A stretch of DNA of 64,000 nucleotides from Ginglymostoma cirratum. Taxonomy: Eukaryota. The notes beneath the pieces are model-generated. The model was not told the DNA's origin and did not search any database. It worked only from the letters and a program-made list of their open reading frames with translations. The number at the start of each line of letters is the position of its first letter. Positions within the stretch are counted from its first letter, which is position 1. The DNA is taken from positions 24,790,663 through 24,854,662 of the forward strand of contig JAHRHZ010000264.1 in assembly GCA_024137785.1 (NCBI GenBank), written 5' to 3'. Shown piece after piece: positions 53,401 through 64,000 of the stretch. The position numbers and the translations under genes were made by a program.

Positions 53401-54475
53401 GACACAATCTTTACACCTTTGTCTATGTTGTAGTGAGAGATAAAATAAAAAAAGTATTTACCACTCAATTACGTGCAATGCGGCAGGTTCACAGAAAAAT
53501 CAAAGATCAACTTTTAAATCCAATTTTAGGTTTTATCATCACCATGGGTCCCTTAGCTAGTAGTCTGACACTGATATTGACATTAAGATTTAGTAGATTT
53601 CTATAACCAGGACAAAGTTATCTGGAATCTTCTTACAGGTTAAAATTAACATTTTCAAAAACAAAAATCACAAAAAAAATTTGCCAAGGGTAATATAAAA
53701 AGTCCATAAACAATGAGGGGATTAATCAGGAAGAAAAATTTCAGTGGTAACAAAAAGTCAATTTTTAAATGTAAAAATTAAAAAAAATGGGATTAATTTA
53801 TTTGCTGTGAAATGTGACATGAAGTAGAATACCAATGCACAACTGCATTCTAGTAAAGAGCACATATAAAAATAATTCCTTAAATCATGTTGTCTCCAAA
53901 CACAGACAATTTAATGCCGTTCAAATAAGGCTAAAATAGAAACATGAATTCTATAAAAAAAAGTATACACTGTATTCAAGAAAGGCATAACATTTTATGT
54001 TAAGCTCTTGCTGGTAAACAGTAGAGCTACATATTACAGTCTAGCACTCCAGACTGTGTTTTTCCGTTAAAAATAATGGTTTGCAGGATTCATCATTTCA
54101 GGCTTTAACTGCTCAGGACATTTGTCAAATGCTGGATTAAAACTAAATAAATAGATAAGAGTTGAAATAAGTACCAATTTTAAAATGCTAATATTTAATT
54201 GTATTTAATAAGTGAATATACAGCATTCACAATTAAGCAGCCAGGATTCCATCTCTATGCAAAACACTAGTAAAAAAAAAAAAAAATGTTATTTAACAAA
54301 CCACCAAAAACTCACCAAACTGCAGAACAATAACTTAAGTTTTTATAATAGAAGGGGCAAGCTTTAAAAGGGGACAGGCTTCCGTCCTTTTTACTTAAGA
54401 AGAGGTCTTTTAAAAACCTTGCCTAAAATATACACGTCCCTGCCACCCATCCAAGCCTCTGTTTTTCTTACTTAC

Positions 54476-54581
54476 ATTGTCCATGTAGTTTTGCTTATAC
54501 CCTTCTTGCTGCCTTCTCAATTCATCCTGCTCTCTCTGTCGCATCATTTCCTCCTCTCGTCGACGACGTTCTTCCTCATGC
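54476..54581 (-). CDS. PSPC1: PSPC1 internal coding exon (106 bp)
   Basis: ttttgacag|G...AAT|gtaagt. (R)[35 protein letters not shown] versus human PSPC1 [36 protein letters not shown]. Confidence 0.97.
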
Positions 54582-55085
54582 CTGTCAAAATTTAACAATT
54601 TTATCTAATAATGATGCAACAAGAAAAATAGATTAAAATATTCTGAACGATCCAATTGTCAAAACTGTAAATATAAAAAGCGTACACACTTCTAGATTTT
54701 ATGGTTAAATAAGACACCATACTCCAGTGATGGACTAGTGGTTAAGAAAAGCATGTTGTTCGAACCATAAAATATTACTTGTTACTTGTGCCAAATCACA
54801 TCGGTGGTAGGTGAACAAGAATGAATTACTATTGTACCCAAAACGGCATATTACAACTATTTATAAGTAATGTGTAAACCTCACGAAAGAAATTTCATTT
54901 AGGGAAACTCTCATTAAATTTTCACAATGGAATGCAGTACCACAATATATACGCCACTGTAACAGCATTCCTAAAGACAAATATGCTGATATGGAAAACA
55001 AACTCTTTACAAAAGGTCACAGAATTCAAGTGTAAACAAGTAAACAAAAAAGGCTGTTTCCACTATTTAATGCTGAAACAAATTT

Positions 55086-55617
55086 ATTCATCAAATTAGC
55101 AAAGCATTCACAGACCTTCAGATCCCGCTGCAGTCATTGAAAGAAGTCTTCCAACAAAGATTTCACTTGCCTTGCTACTCTGGTTGCACCAGGTTACATG
55201 CTCTGGCATGCCATTGCTTCATTTTTCATCAAGTCTTTGAATAAAAGTCAGCAGCCACAGGCATTGCTTCATTAAATTACTCTGCGACCCACAAATGATT
55301 TCATGTTTAGCCAGAAGAGACAAATGTGAAATGATACTTGTGGTTTAAAAAAAAACTGTTGAGCCATCAAAATGGCCTTCAGCTCCTCAACTTTTTGTCT
55401 AAAGCATGCTGTTTCAAGGTAAAATTATTCTTGAATTTACAGTGCATTACTTCTTTGGTGACATTCTAAATTCCCCCTTTTACTTATTTATACACTTTTT
55501 GATGGCACACAGGCAAATTCTCTTATCTTTACAGCTGTCTCGAGAAGCTACTTTTCATGTTCTATATGGAAGTCGGACATTCTTGGTTTCTTTTTAGGAT
55601 GGTCCAGGTTCACTCAT
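55086..55617 (-). mobile_element. Fossil hAT (Charlie/SPIN/GTF2IRD2-like) transposase N-terminus
   Basis: Across frameshifts: MSEPGPS/KKKPR...KDKRICLC...KRGNLECH...RQKVEELKAILMAQQFFFKP...LLAKH...GATRVARQVKSLLED...LQRDLKVCECFA/FDE. This is a zinc-finger region leading to the first catalytic D (FSLQxDES-like) motif. Confidence 0.72.
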
Positions 55618-57089
55618 TATTGTTACTTCACCTTGAAGTTCTTGATGCCATCTGCCACTGGTCACACTGCAGATAGTGCAGGTCACGATATGGATCTGCG
55701 ACTCTGGCACATCCAGAATGGTGGTGGCTGCTTTCAAGTACGTTGGCACAGGAAGTCACTTTTGTGGGTAGTGATGTGTTTCCGGGATATCAGTCAGCAT
55801 GCTTTATGCAAATATTGTACGTGGGTGCAGTAGTAATCCCCATCATTTTTCTTTGTTGGGCACAGACCTATTAGATAAGCAGCTGAATAAATATGACTGC
55901 AGACATATGGAGAACAGCAAAAGAGCAGAAAAGTTGAGATGCTCTTGCAAAGGTTCTCCTTCGACATGATGGGCTGAATTGCATACATTTCCAGTGCCGT
56001 AATATAATGGCTTCACATATTGTTCCTCGTGTATTTCTTATTTACTTACATTGCAGGACAATGCATGTTTTGTAGTAGCAACAATATTCCATTTGAACCA
56101 AGCAAACATGATGTAACAAGCTGGCAAAGCCTGTTAAAACCAAGTACTGTGCTCTAGCTGCACAGCTTGCAGAAGTCATACAATGGCATGACAATTGACA
56201 TACAAGCAGCAAGGAAATGTGGCGGTGGGGCAGTAAAATCAACTGTTACACCATGCAACTTGTTGGAGACCACAGACATACATATAAACTGGAAAAAAAA
56301 AACCAGACTGGCAGTAGGAACTTGGATGAGAAGCTTAGAGCATTAACAAGATAGTTTCTAAGAACAGCATTTCTGGAACCAACCAGAAGAACATAATGTT
56401 AGACTCGGTGGAAAGGCTCAATGACTTCAGATTTGGCGAATGCAGTGAACTGGCATACTAAATCTAAGACACTCTTAAAAAGTAGCAGTGACCACAATGA
56501 GTGAATTTTACAATGAAGTGAATGTAAAAAATGGGAGTAGGAATAGCAAAGACATAGATGATCACAGCCAACAAAAGATTTCAATCCTGATGTTTGGAAA
56601 AGAAATCAACCTTGAATAAAAAGTTCCAAGTCTTGATCACTATGTAAAACATCTCTCTAAAATAGTTATCAATTCATTTTTTTTTAATGCCGGCAACTCA
56701 TTGATCTGCTTACAAATGCCACAATCAAACAGATAAAGACACTTAAGCCTAGACTTGCTGTATTCTTTGTTTCTAATATCTACTGCAGTCTTCTGCATGT
56801 ATTTTCTAGCCAGCTGATTATCACCCACCTCTTCATTGCCACGCATCTCTATCTCCCTCTCCTTTGTTTTTTTTTCCAAACTCCTCTTCAATTGAACCTC
56901 TCTCCCAATCCCCTGGCCAGCAACTAGTTAGTTTAAAGACCTATCTACAACTCAAGTTATAGAATTTGCCAGGACACTACTCCCAGCATGGTCCAAATGA
57001 AGTTTGGGACAAAAGATTAAGTCTCAGACTAGTATTTTAAAAACATAAATAAGACAACCATGAGAGTATTAAAGTTGTGCTAAATGAGC

Positions 57090-58170
57090 TGGCATACCAG
57101 GGGATATTGAAACTGGAGCAGATATTTAAGGCAATACTTCAGGATACTCAGGGAAAAAAAAAATCTTTTTCTGTTGTAAACGAAAATTCTGAATCAGGAG
57201 TATCCACCATCCACGGCTAACGAAAGTAATTAGAGAAACCATAATAAGTCAGGAGAAAGCATGTAACTGCAAAGAATGAGCAGGTCAGATGATTGCTCAG
57301 GATATACATAATGGCAGAGAACAACTAAAAGGTTAATCTGGATGAAGAAATTAGAGCAAGCTCGTTAGCAATGCAGAAGTAGATAGCATTAGTTTCTACA
57401 AGCATTTAAACAGGAAGAGAATGAGAATGAGAATGAGAATGTGAAGTTAACAGTAGACAAGAAGGAATTGATGGATGAAATGAACAAATATTTTGCTTTT
57501 ATTTTTACTATTGAGAATACAAACAGCATTCTAGTAAAAGCTGTGAACTGAAAGGTGTAACGAAGAGAACAAATTAGTGAAATTACAATCATGAGGAAAG
57601 TAGTGCTTGAAAAACTGAAGTAGTTGTTAACTGCTTAGTCCCCGGTCCAAACAGACTTCATCCTAAGGTCTTCAAAGAGATTACTATTGAGGTTGGATGA
57701 GAGAAGCAAAGGAAATGTCAGCTAAATTCATAGACGACACCAAGATAGGTAGCAAAGTATATTGTGGAGACAAAAGTTCCAGATGGTTATAGATAGGTTG
57801 AGTCAGTGGGCAGAAGTCAGGTAGATGGGAGTATAATGTCGCAAAACATAAAGTTGCTCACTTTGGTAGGAAAAATAAAAAACACAGAATATTACTTAAA
57901 GTGAGCACAATTGCTGAAGACCAAAATTCAGCAGGATTTGGGAGTTCTGGTGGATAGTCAATTGTTTGCACACGCAGCACTTAATCAAGAAGGTTAATTG
58001 AAAATGAAAGAAAGGAAGTGGTGTGTCATTTATACCGCGTATTGGCAAGCAAGACCACATCTCAAGTGCTGATTGTAGTTCTGGTCGCCTTAATTAAGGA
58101 TAGGTGAAAATGCATTAGAAACAATTCAGATAAGATTCACTAGGTTGTTACCTCGAATGAACATATAGGA
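57090..58170 (+). mobile_element. Decayed CR1 ORF2 fragments
   Basis: atgaacaaatattttgct (NKYFA), cttcatcctaaggtc, gacgacaccaagataggt (DDTKIG). Confidence 0.75.
57417..57440 (+). repeat. (GAGAAT)4 microsatellite inside CR1
   Basis: gagaatgagaatgagaatgagaat. Confidence 0.9.
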
Positions 58171-58259
58171 TTACCAGGGAAATTAACATTTCATGATTGA
58201 CTTACCTGTTATAATCACACAACCAAAATGTACCCATGGATCAATTATTTTGTTTAAGA

Positions 58260-58517
58260 CGAGACGAGAAAGATTTAAATAAGACATGAGGAGCAAATTT
58301 TTTTAAACATTGGGTGGTTCACGTATGGAATGAACTTCCTGATGAAGTGGTGGATGTGGGTACAATTACAATATTTAAGAGGATATTTGGATAAGTACAT
58401 GAATTGGAAAGGTTTGGAAGAATATGGGCCAGGACCAAGCCCGGAGGGGACTAGTTTAGTTTGGGATTATGTTCAGCGTGGACAAGTCTGTTTCCATGCT
58501 CTATGACTATGACTCTA
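58260..58517 (+). mobile_element. CR1 3'-end fragment
   Basis: gaaagatttaaataagacatgagg...tggaatgaacttcctgatgaagtggtgga...ctatgactatgactct tail. Confidence 0.85.
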
Positions 58518-59252
58518 TTAGCCAATGCGCATCTTTGTACTGTACTAACATGCATCTTGCTTGGCTTCACTTGACAAAAGAAATGCACTATAGGATTGTG
58601 AACACACTGAAGACAATAACTCTAAAACAGTAGCGTACCCGGCAAGGCAACCCCTGATCAGATCACTTCCATTTCATGATTATGAGAATATGTTTAACCT
58701 TGAAGATTACAAGACAGGGGCGATAGCATCCTGGCTCATTAGCCTCAAAGAAAATCATAGTCACAGCTGTATTACTATACTAGTAAGTTGCTTAGCAATG
58801 AGTCAATTATGTGACTTACACCTAATCTTTTGACAAAATTTAGCCTTTGCTACAAAGTTAACTCAAATACAATGTCTTTAAGTTTGCAATTATACGAGCC
58901 TTGAGTGATGGATAACTAAAAACTACGTAGTGAAGAATATTTCACTAATTTGACATCCTGTCCTTTGCATTAGTGTTGAATGTGAATAACAAAAACTCTT
59001 TCCAAGCACTCAAACATCAGCTGACAGATAACTGTAAGGAAAAGTTAATGCTTAATCGGTAAGTGTCAGATTTAACAAAAGATCCTGATTAAATGAACAC
59101 CAAGACATCAGCTCGAGAATATCAATCATTGGCCCTGTAAAAAAAGAAAATTTCAAACTATCCTTTCATCTTAGCTAAAAAGTCAAAGTGACAAAACTTA
59201 ATAAACAGGTTGGACCCATGTATAACTGACAACTTCCAAAAACACAGTCGGC

Positions 59253-59271
59253 GGGGGGGGGGGGGGGGGGG
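59253..59271 (+). repeat. Poly-G run (19 nt)
   Basis: Seen directly. Confidence 0.95.
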
Positions 59272-59379
59272 TGAGAGGAGAAGAGAGAGAAGCGAACAGT
59301 CGAAGTCAAAAACGTAATGATGTAATTGATCATGAGCACATTGAACAGGCTGCCCTTCTTTCTGCTGAATTTTCAGTTG

Positions 59380-59710
59380 AGGGACAATTTAATGAAATGA
59401 TGCTTCCTCACGAGTCCAGAACTAGGAAGCAGTTTTTAAAATTAGGGGTCACCCCTTCAGACAGAGATGAGGAGAATTCTTTTTCCTCAGAGGGTTTTGT
59501 GGCTATAGAATACTTAGCCTCAAAAAAGATGATGAGGGCAGTTACTGAATATTTTTAAGAAAAATGCAGATAGATTATTTTTAGGCAAGACAGACCGAGA
59601 TTACCAGGGGAGATGGAAGTGCAGAATTTGAACACACAAAGATCAACCATGATGTTCTTAAATGGCAGTGCAAATGCAAGAGACTGAATGATCTACTTCT
59701 GCTTCTGTTT
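59380..59710 (+). mobile_element. CR1 3'-end fragment
   Basis: gagtccagaactagg...gagatgaggagaattctttttcctcagaggg. Confidence 0.75.
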
Positions 59711-60687
59711 CTTTTGTTCACTGTCGTGGTAGTACTGCAGATGACCATTGGACTAAGACTCAATGTTGATTTGAACAATCTGAGATCAGAACTTGCGCCT
59801 CCGTTATGCTAAGTCTGTCTTTTTTGGCTGATACAACTTTCTCTTGTTCCTTTTCTCATGAAGTTCATTCTTTTCTCATTCAACGCATGTTTATACCTGC
59901 CATTTGTCAGGTGAACACAGCTAACCTTCCATCTTCAGCTAAGAATGGGTGCTATAGATGACTGTCTTAGAAATTATGCAAATTTGAAGTCCACTTGAGG
60001 AAAACCATCAGATCTGCTAGTTTCTACAGAGAAAAACAAGAGTTAACACCGAGTCTCTGGTTTTCTCTCTCCGGATACTGACAGAATTGCTGAGTTTCTC
60101 CAGTTTATTTTTGTTTCAGATTTCCAGCATCTGCAGCCTTTGTTTATCATATGAGGGAACACGTTACTTTTCCAGTACTGAAAAGATAATGGCTTCTAAT
60201 TTTTAAATATTTGCAGTCCATTGGCAACTGCCAGTAACACTAACTTTAATCCAAAAGTACAAGTGAAGAAATCATGCTTCAGTCACATTGAATTCCAGGT
60301 CAAAATCCGACTGCAGCGTATTGGTGAAATTTAGGCACCAAGCCTAAGAAAATATATATTGGTCCTTAATACCACTCAATTTAGAACAGAAAAAATAATT
60401 TCTCATGAAAGAATCTAGTTTTAAAATGTGTAACTCCAGCATTTTCTATTTCAATTTCCAACATCTGCAATATTTTGCTTTTACACCAGACCTGAACATG
60501 TTTTTGTCTTTGGCATTAGGAAGAATAAATGCAAAAGGCAACCTGTCTAAACATCTAAGTTAGTTGCATCAAAATACTTAAGCAATTAGGAGACACAAGT
60601 GACACTTGATCCGGAACTCTCGATTTCACATGGAACATGGAGGTTTTGTGGAGGTTGTAATCAGTATCTACTTGTGACTTGGGATGA

Positions 60688-60798
60688 GAGAGATAGTAGG
60701 AACTGCCGATGCTGGAGAATCTGAGATAACAAGGTGTAGAGCTGGATGAACATAGCAGGCCAAGCAGCATCAGAGGAGCAGGAAAGTTGACGGTTCGT
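60688..60798 (-). mobile_element. Second copy of the short Penelope-derived element
   Basis: Near-identical to parts of 11233-11383 (gagataacaaggtgtagagctggatgaacatagcaggccaagcagcatcagaggagcagg). Confidence 0.75.
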
Positions 60799-60825
60799 TG
60801 CTTTTCACTAGCTCGCACTTAATTC

Positions 60826-61110
60826 AGTGGCACAGTGGTTAGCACTGCTTTCTCAGAGCGCCAGGGACCAGTTGTTGGAGTTTGCAGATTCTCCCAGTGT
60901 CTGCGTGGGTTTCCGCCGGGTGCTCTGGTTTCCTCCCACAGTCCAAAGATATGCAGGCTAGGTGGATTGGCTACGCTAAATTGCCCATAGTGTTCAGGGA
61001 GGTGTAGATTAGGTGGGTTATAGGGGGGTGGGTCAGGGTGGGATGTTCTGAGGTTCAGTGTGGACTTGTTGGGTCGAAGGGCCTGTTACCACACTGTAGG
61101 GATTCTATGA
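60826..61110 (+). mobile_element. HE1-type V-SINE with B-box deletion
   Basis: Same core and tail as 8928-9300. Confidence 0.85.
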
Positions 61111-61149
61111 ATTCAAATAGATAACCTACTAGTTTAAAACAAAATTATG

Positions 61150-61445
61150 AAAAGAAATTTACTTCATGAGGACAAGTGGGCAATTTTAGAGTATTCTGTG
61201 AAACCAACAAACGGGATGAGAGTTTCACACAGCAAGTACTTAGGATATGGAACACGTTGCCGGGAAGTGCGTTGGTCGCAAGTTCAATTGAGGCTTTCAA
61301 CATGGCACTAGATGGTAGTTTAAACAGAAACAGTGCAAAAGCTTGCATGGAAATGGCAGGAGATTGGCACTAAATTAAAACCCTCTGGAACTAGTACGGG
61401 CACGATGGACCAAATAGCTTTCTTCTGCACCTTAAAAATTCTGAT
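61150..61445 (+). mobile_element. CR1 3'-end fragment
   Basis: FTQQVLRIWNTLPGSALVASSIEAFNMALD. Confidence 0.75.
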
Positions 61446-62237
61446 TCCGTATCTCTCAGTGCTTCAAAAGAATTTAGGAAAATCTTCCACACAATCCATC
61501 AAATGTGATCTTTTAAATCTATCTTTACAAGGGTCATTTTCAAGAACAACTTTAAATCACACTCCATAGTTTGCCAACATGGAGCAGTACACTGCTTTTG
61601 ACGAGGTTTGCTGGAGTTTGTCAGAAGTGAATGTCTGCTAACATTAAAAACAATTACCTCAGTCTGTTTCAAATGAGACAACATGCCAGCAAATGGAAGG
61701 AACTTCATGCTATCAACTCTGCTATTAACTCTAGCTATGGAAAGCATCTTTTTTCCTGCATGTGAGCAACACCTAATTTCTCTCCTCAGCTGAAATGGAA
61801 TATATACCCATTTGTGGTGATACCACCAACATACAAAACAATTTCTCTCCACAAACAACAAATTTCATCACATTGAGAGACTGTCACTACCAATTATGCA
61901 CAATGCAATCAATGTACAAAACTATCATGCAACTGTAACATCAGCAGTTTTGATTTACAAATCACTTGCTGTACCAAAAAAGCCACAGTAAAATGCATAA
62001 GTGGAGACTTTTGCACTAGTATTAAAGAGAATTGGCCAACAATTCTGTTGTGATTAAACAGTTACATAATTACAACAAGGACTAAAAAGTTACTAATTAC
62101 ATCCGACAGCTAAATGCATACCTTCTCTATTTTAATAGAGATTGTGGGGGGGAGGAAAAAAAAACCATTTTTAGTTTAACACTGCAGTTAAGCGAACCCT
62201 ATAACGTTCCCAATATCTTGATCTGACCTGCACATAC

Positions 62238-62322
62238 CTCATTTCTATCTGTTTCCGTTTTTGCAGTTCTTGATTCCTCATTTCTTCTAAGCGTCTCAAC
62301 TCCTCTTGACGTCTCATCAAAT
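62238..62322 (-). CDS. PSPC1: PSPC1 internal coding exon (85 bp, coiled-coil region; equivalent of human exon 5)
   Basis: ttttatag|AT...ATGAG|gtatgt. Translates (D)[27 protein letters not shown](R), matching the DBHS coiled-coil. Phase fits the next exon. Confidence 0.96.
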
Positions 62323-62596
62323 CTATAAAAACAGATTAAAATTAAACACAGATCTAATTTATCTATGAAAATCATTGTTGCAGAACATACTTCTTTTAAG
62401 AAGCTGAATATATTCACTAAATTTTCAGTCCAATTTCACTTCATGCAGCACAAATATAATTTCATACACAGAAATGAGTACTTCCAAAGTAGGTACACAG
62501 TTATTAACACAGAAGCAGGTAACCAAGCAGCCCACACAATCCTGTGGATATTCCCCCGCGAAACCGAGATAGATGATCATGTCATGAGGATTAATT

Positions 62597-63898
62597 AACC
62601 TTCAATCCAAATTTCTCCAAGACCGCTTCCTGAATAATACTGATTGCCTTCAGTTCCTCCCTCTCACTCAACCCTGTGCCCCCGAACATTTCCGGCATGA
62701 TATTTATGTCCTCCTTTGTGAGCACAGAACCAACGCACTATTAATTGATAAGCTGTACCTTTGCTTCCCATTATAAATTCCCTGTTTCTGGTCGTAAGGG
62801 GCCTACATTTGTCTTCACCAAACCATTTTTCTCTTCACATACCTAAGAAACCTGACTGTAAAAGTTTGTAACGTTCCCTGCAAGCTTACTCTTGTACTCT
62901 ATTTTCCCTTTCTTAAATCAATCTCTTTGTTTTTCCTTGGTGAATTCTAAGCTGCTTCCACTCCTCAAGTCTGTTGTTTTTCTCTGGCCAATTTGCACGC
63001 CACTTCCTTGGGTCTAACACAAGGGAAATTAGAGATGGTAAGTCATGGTTTGGCCACCATTCCTGTTTCACTTCTGTGCCAGACAGGAATGAACAATTGT
63101 TGTATTTCACCCATGTACGCTGAATATTAGCTATTGTCTTTCCACCATCATCCCTTTAAGTAACATTCCCCAATTTATAATAGTCAACCCATGCCTCATT
63201 TCATCAAAATTTCCTCTATTTGGATCCAGGACCCTAGTCTCAAAATCAACTACGTCATTCTCTAACTTAAAGAATTGTATCATATTATGGTCAATCATCC
63301 TCAAGGAGTCTTACACAACTAGATTGCTGATTATTCCTTTTGTATAGTACAACACTCAGGCTAGGATGGCCTCTCCTCTAGTTGGTTCCTCACGGTGTTG
63401 GTCAAAAAGTAAAAACAATCTGCATTTACTCCAGGAATTCCTCTTGGGTATTGTTACTAATTTGATTTGTCCAATCTATAAAGGCGACCCATAATTACAG
63501 ATGTCACTTTATTGCACGAGCCTATAATTTTCTGTCTAATGCAATTCCCAACATGACTCCTAAAGATCAGGTCTCTATATACAACCCGAACTAATCTTTT
63601 TCGCCCCTTGGTGCTTTTAAACTCGACCCATACTATTTCCACATCATTGTACCTAATATTCTTCCTCACTATTGTACTAATTTTCTCTTTCACAGCAACG
63701 TAACTCCATCTTTTCACTTGTCCATCTGTCCTTTCTTATTATTTCTGAATAGTCCTTGGATGTTCAGTTCCCATCCTTGATCATCCTGCAGTCACGTCCC
63801 CATAATCCTGACTACATCATTACAGCTTTCATTATTTGCACAATTAATTCATTCACTTTATTGCAAATGCTCCACACTAAGGCATAAAGCCTTAAGGC
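62597..63898 (-). mobile_element. CR1 ORF2 endonuclease/linker region, decayed
   Basis: VEIVWVEFKSTKGRKRLVRVVYR...VIMG; gaccataatatgata (DHNMI). Confidence 0.85.
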
Positions 63899-63899
63899 T

Positions 63900-63991
63900 T
63901 TCAGAAGAAGGGTTCCAACCCAAAACTTCAGCTTTCCATCACCTCTGATGCTGCCTGGCCTGCTGTGTTCCTCCAGCCTGTTGCGTTATCT
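63900..63991 (+). mobile_element. Third, diverged copy of the short Penelope-derived element
   Basis: cagaagaagggttccaacccaaaacttcagc...ctctgatgctgcctggcctgctgtgttc is the reverse complement of the same family. Confidence 0.65.
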
Positions 63992-64000
63992 AAGCCTGAA

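Noticed and set aside
54410-54598. 62-aa ORF as a standalone gene
   Set aside because: It is a PSPC1 exon with read-through into the flanking introns.
27960-62322. Assignment to NONO or SFPQ
   Set aside because: [20 protein letters not shown] and NDRFPQG motifs are PSPC1-specific.
62199-62417. 72-aa minus-strand ORF
   Set aside because: Wrong reading frame across a PSPC1 exon.
1-64000. CRISPR array, rRNA, intact tRNA, intact autonomous transposon or viral gene
   Set aside because: No spaced repeat array or rRNA-like sequence seen. All RT, nuclease and transposase remnants are broken by stops and frameshifts.

Overview
AT-rich, repeat-dense vertebrate DNA. The repeat content (HE1-type V-SINEs, abundant CR1 LINEs, short Penelope-like elements) points to a shark, probably a carpet/bamboo-type shark; this is inference. 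The only intact gene is the 3' half of PSPC1 (paraspeckle component 1, DBHS family) on the minus strand: five GT-AG coding exons (62238-62322, 54476-54581, 40740-40797, 34500-34672, 27960-28166) splice in frame and end at a poly(A) signal near 27625. The 5' exons lie beyond the right edge. Most notable extras: (1) an intronless, disrupted cyclin E1 retrocopy that keeps its 5' end, lacks its 3' end, and is joined head-to-head to a SINE inside a split CR1 remnant; (2) a 248-nt AG-exclusion zone with a candidate distant branch point before the last PSPC1 exon; (3) loss of the usual basic C-terminal DBHS NLS; (4) candidate distal alternative 3' exons near 13 kb and at 0.75-2.6 kb; (5) a Penelope-like element with inverted arms, decayed hammerhead motifs and a micro-inversion; (6) a hAT transposase fossil, a TA-flanked MITE and a tRNA-Pro-like relic. 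No prokaryote-type system (CRISPR, operon) is present. Repeat boundaries are approximate and family names come from recognition, not database searches.
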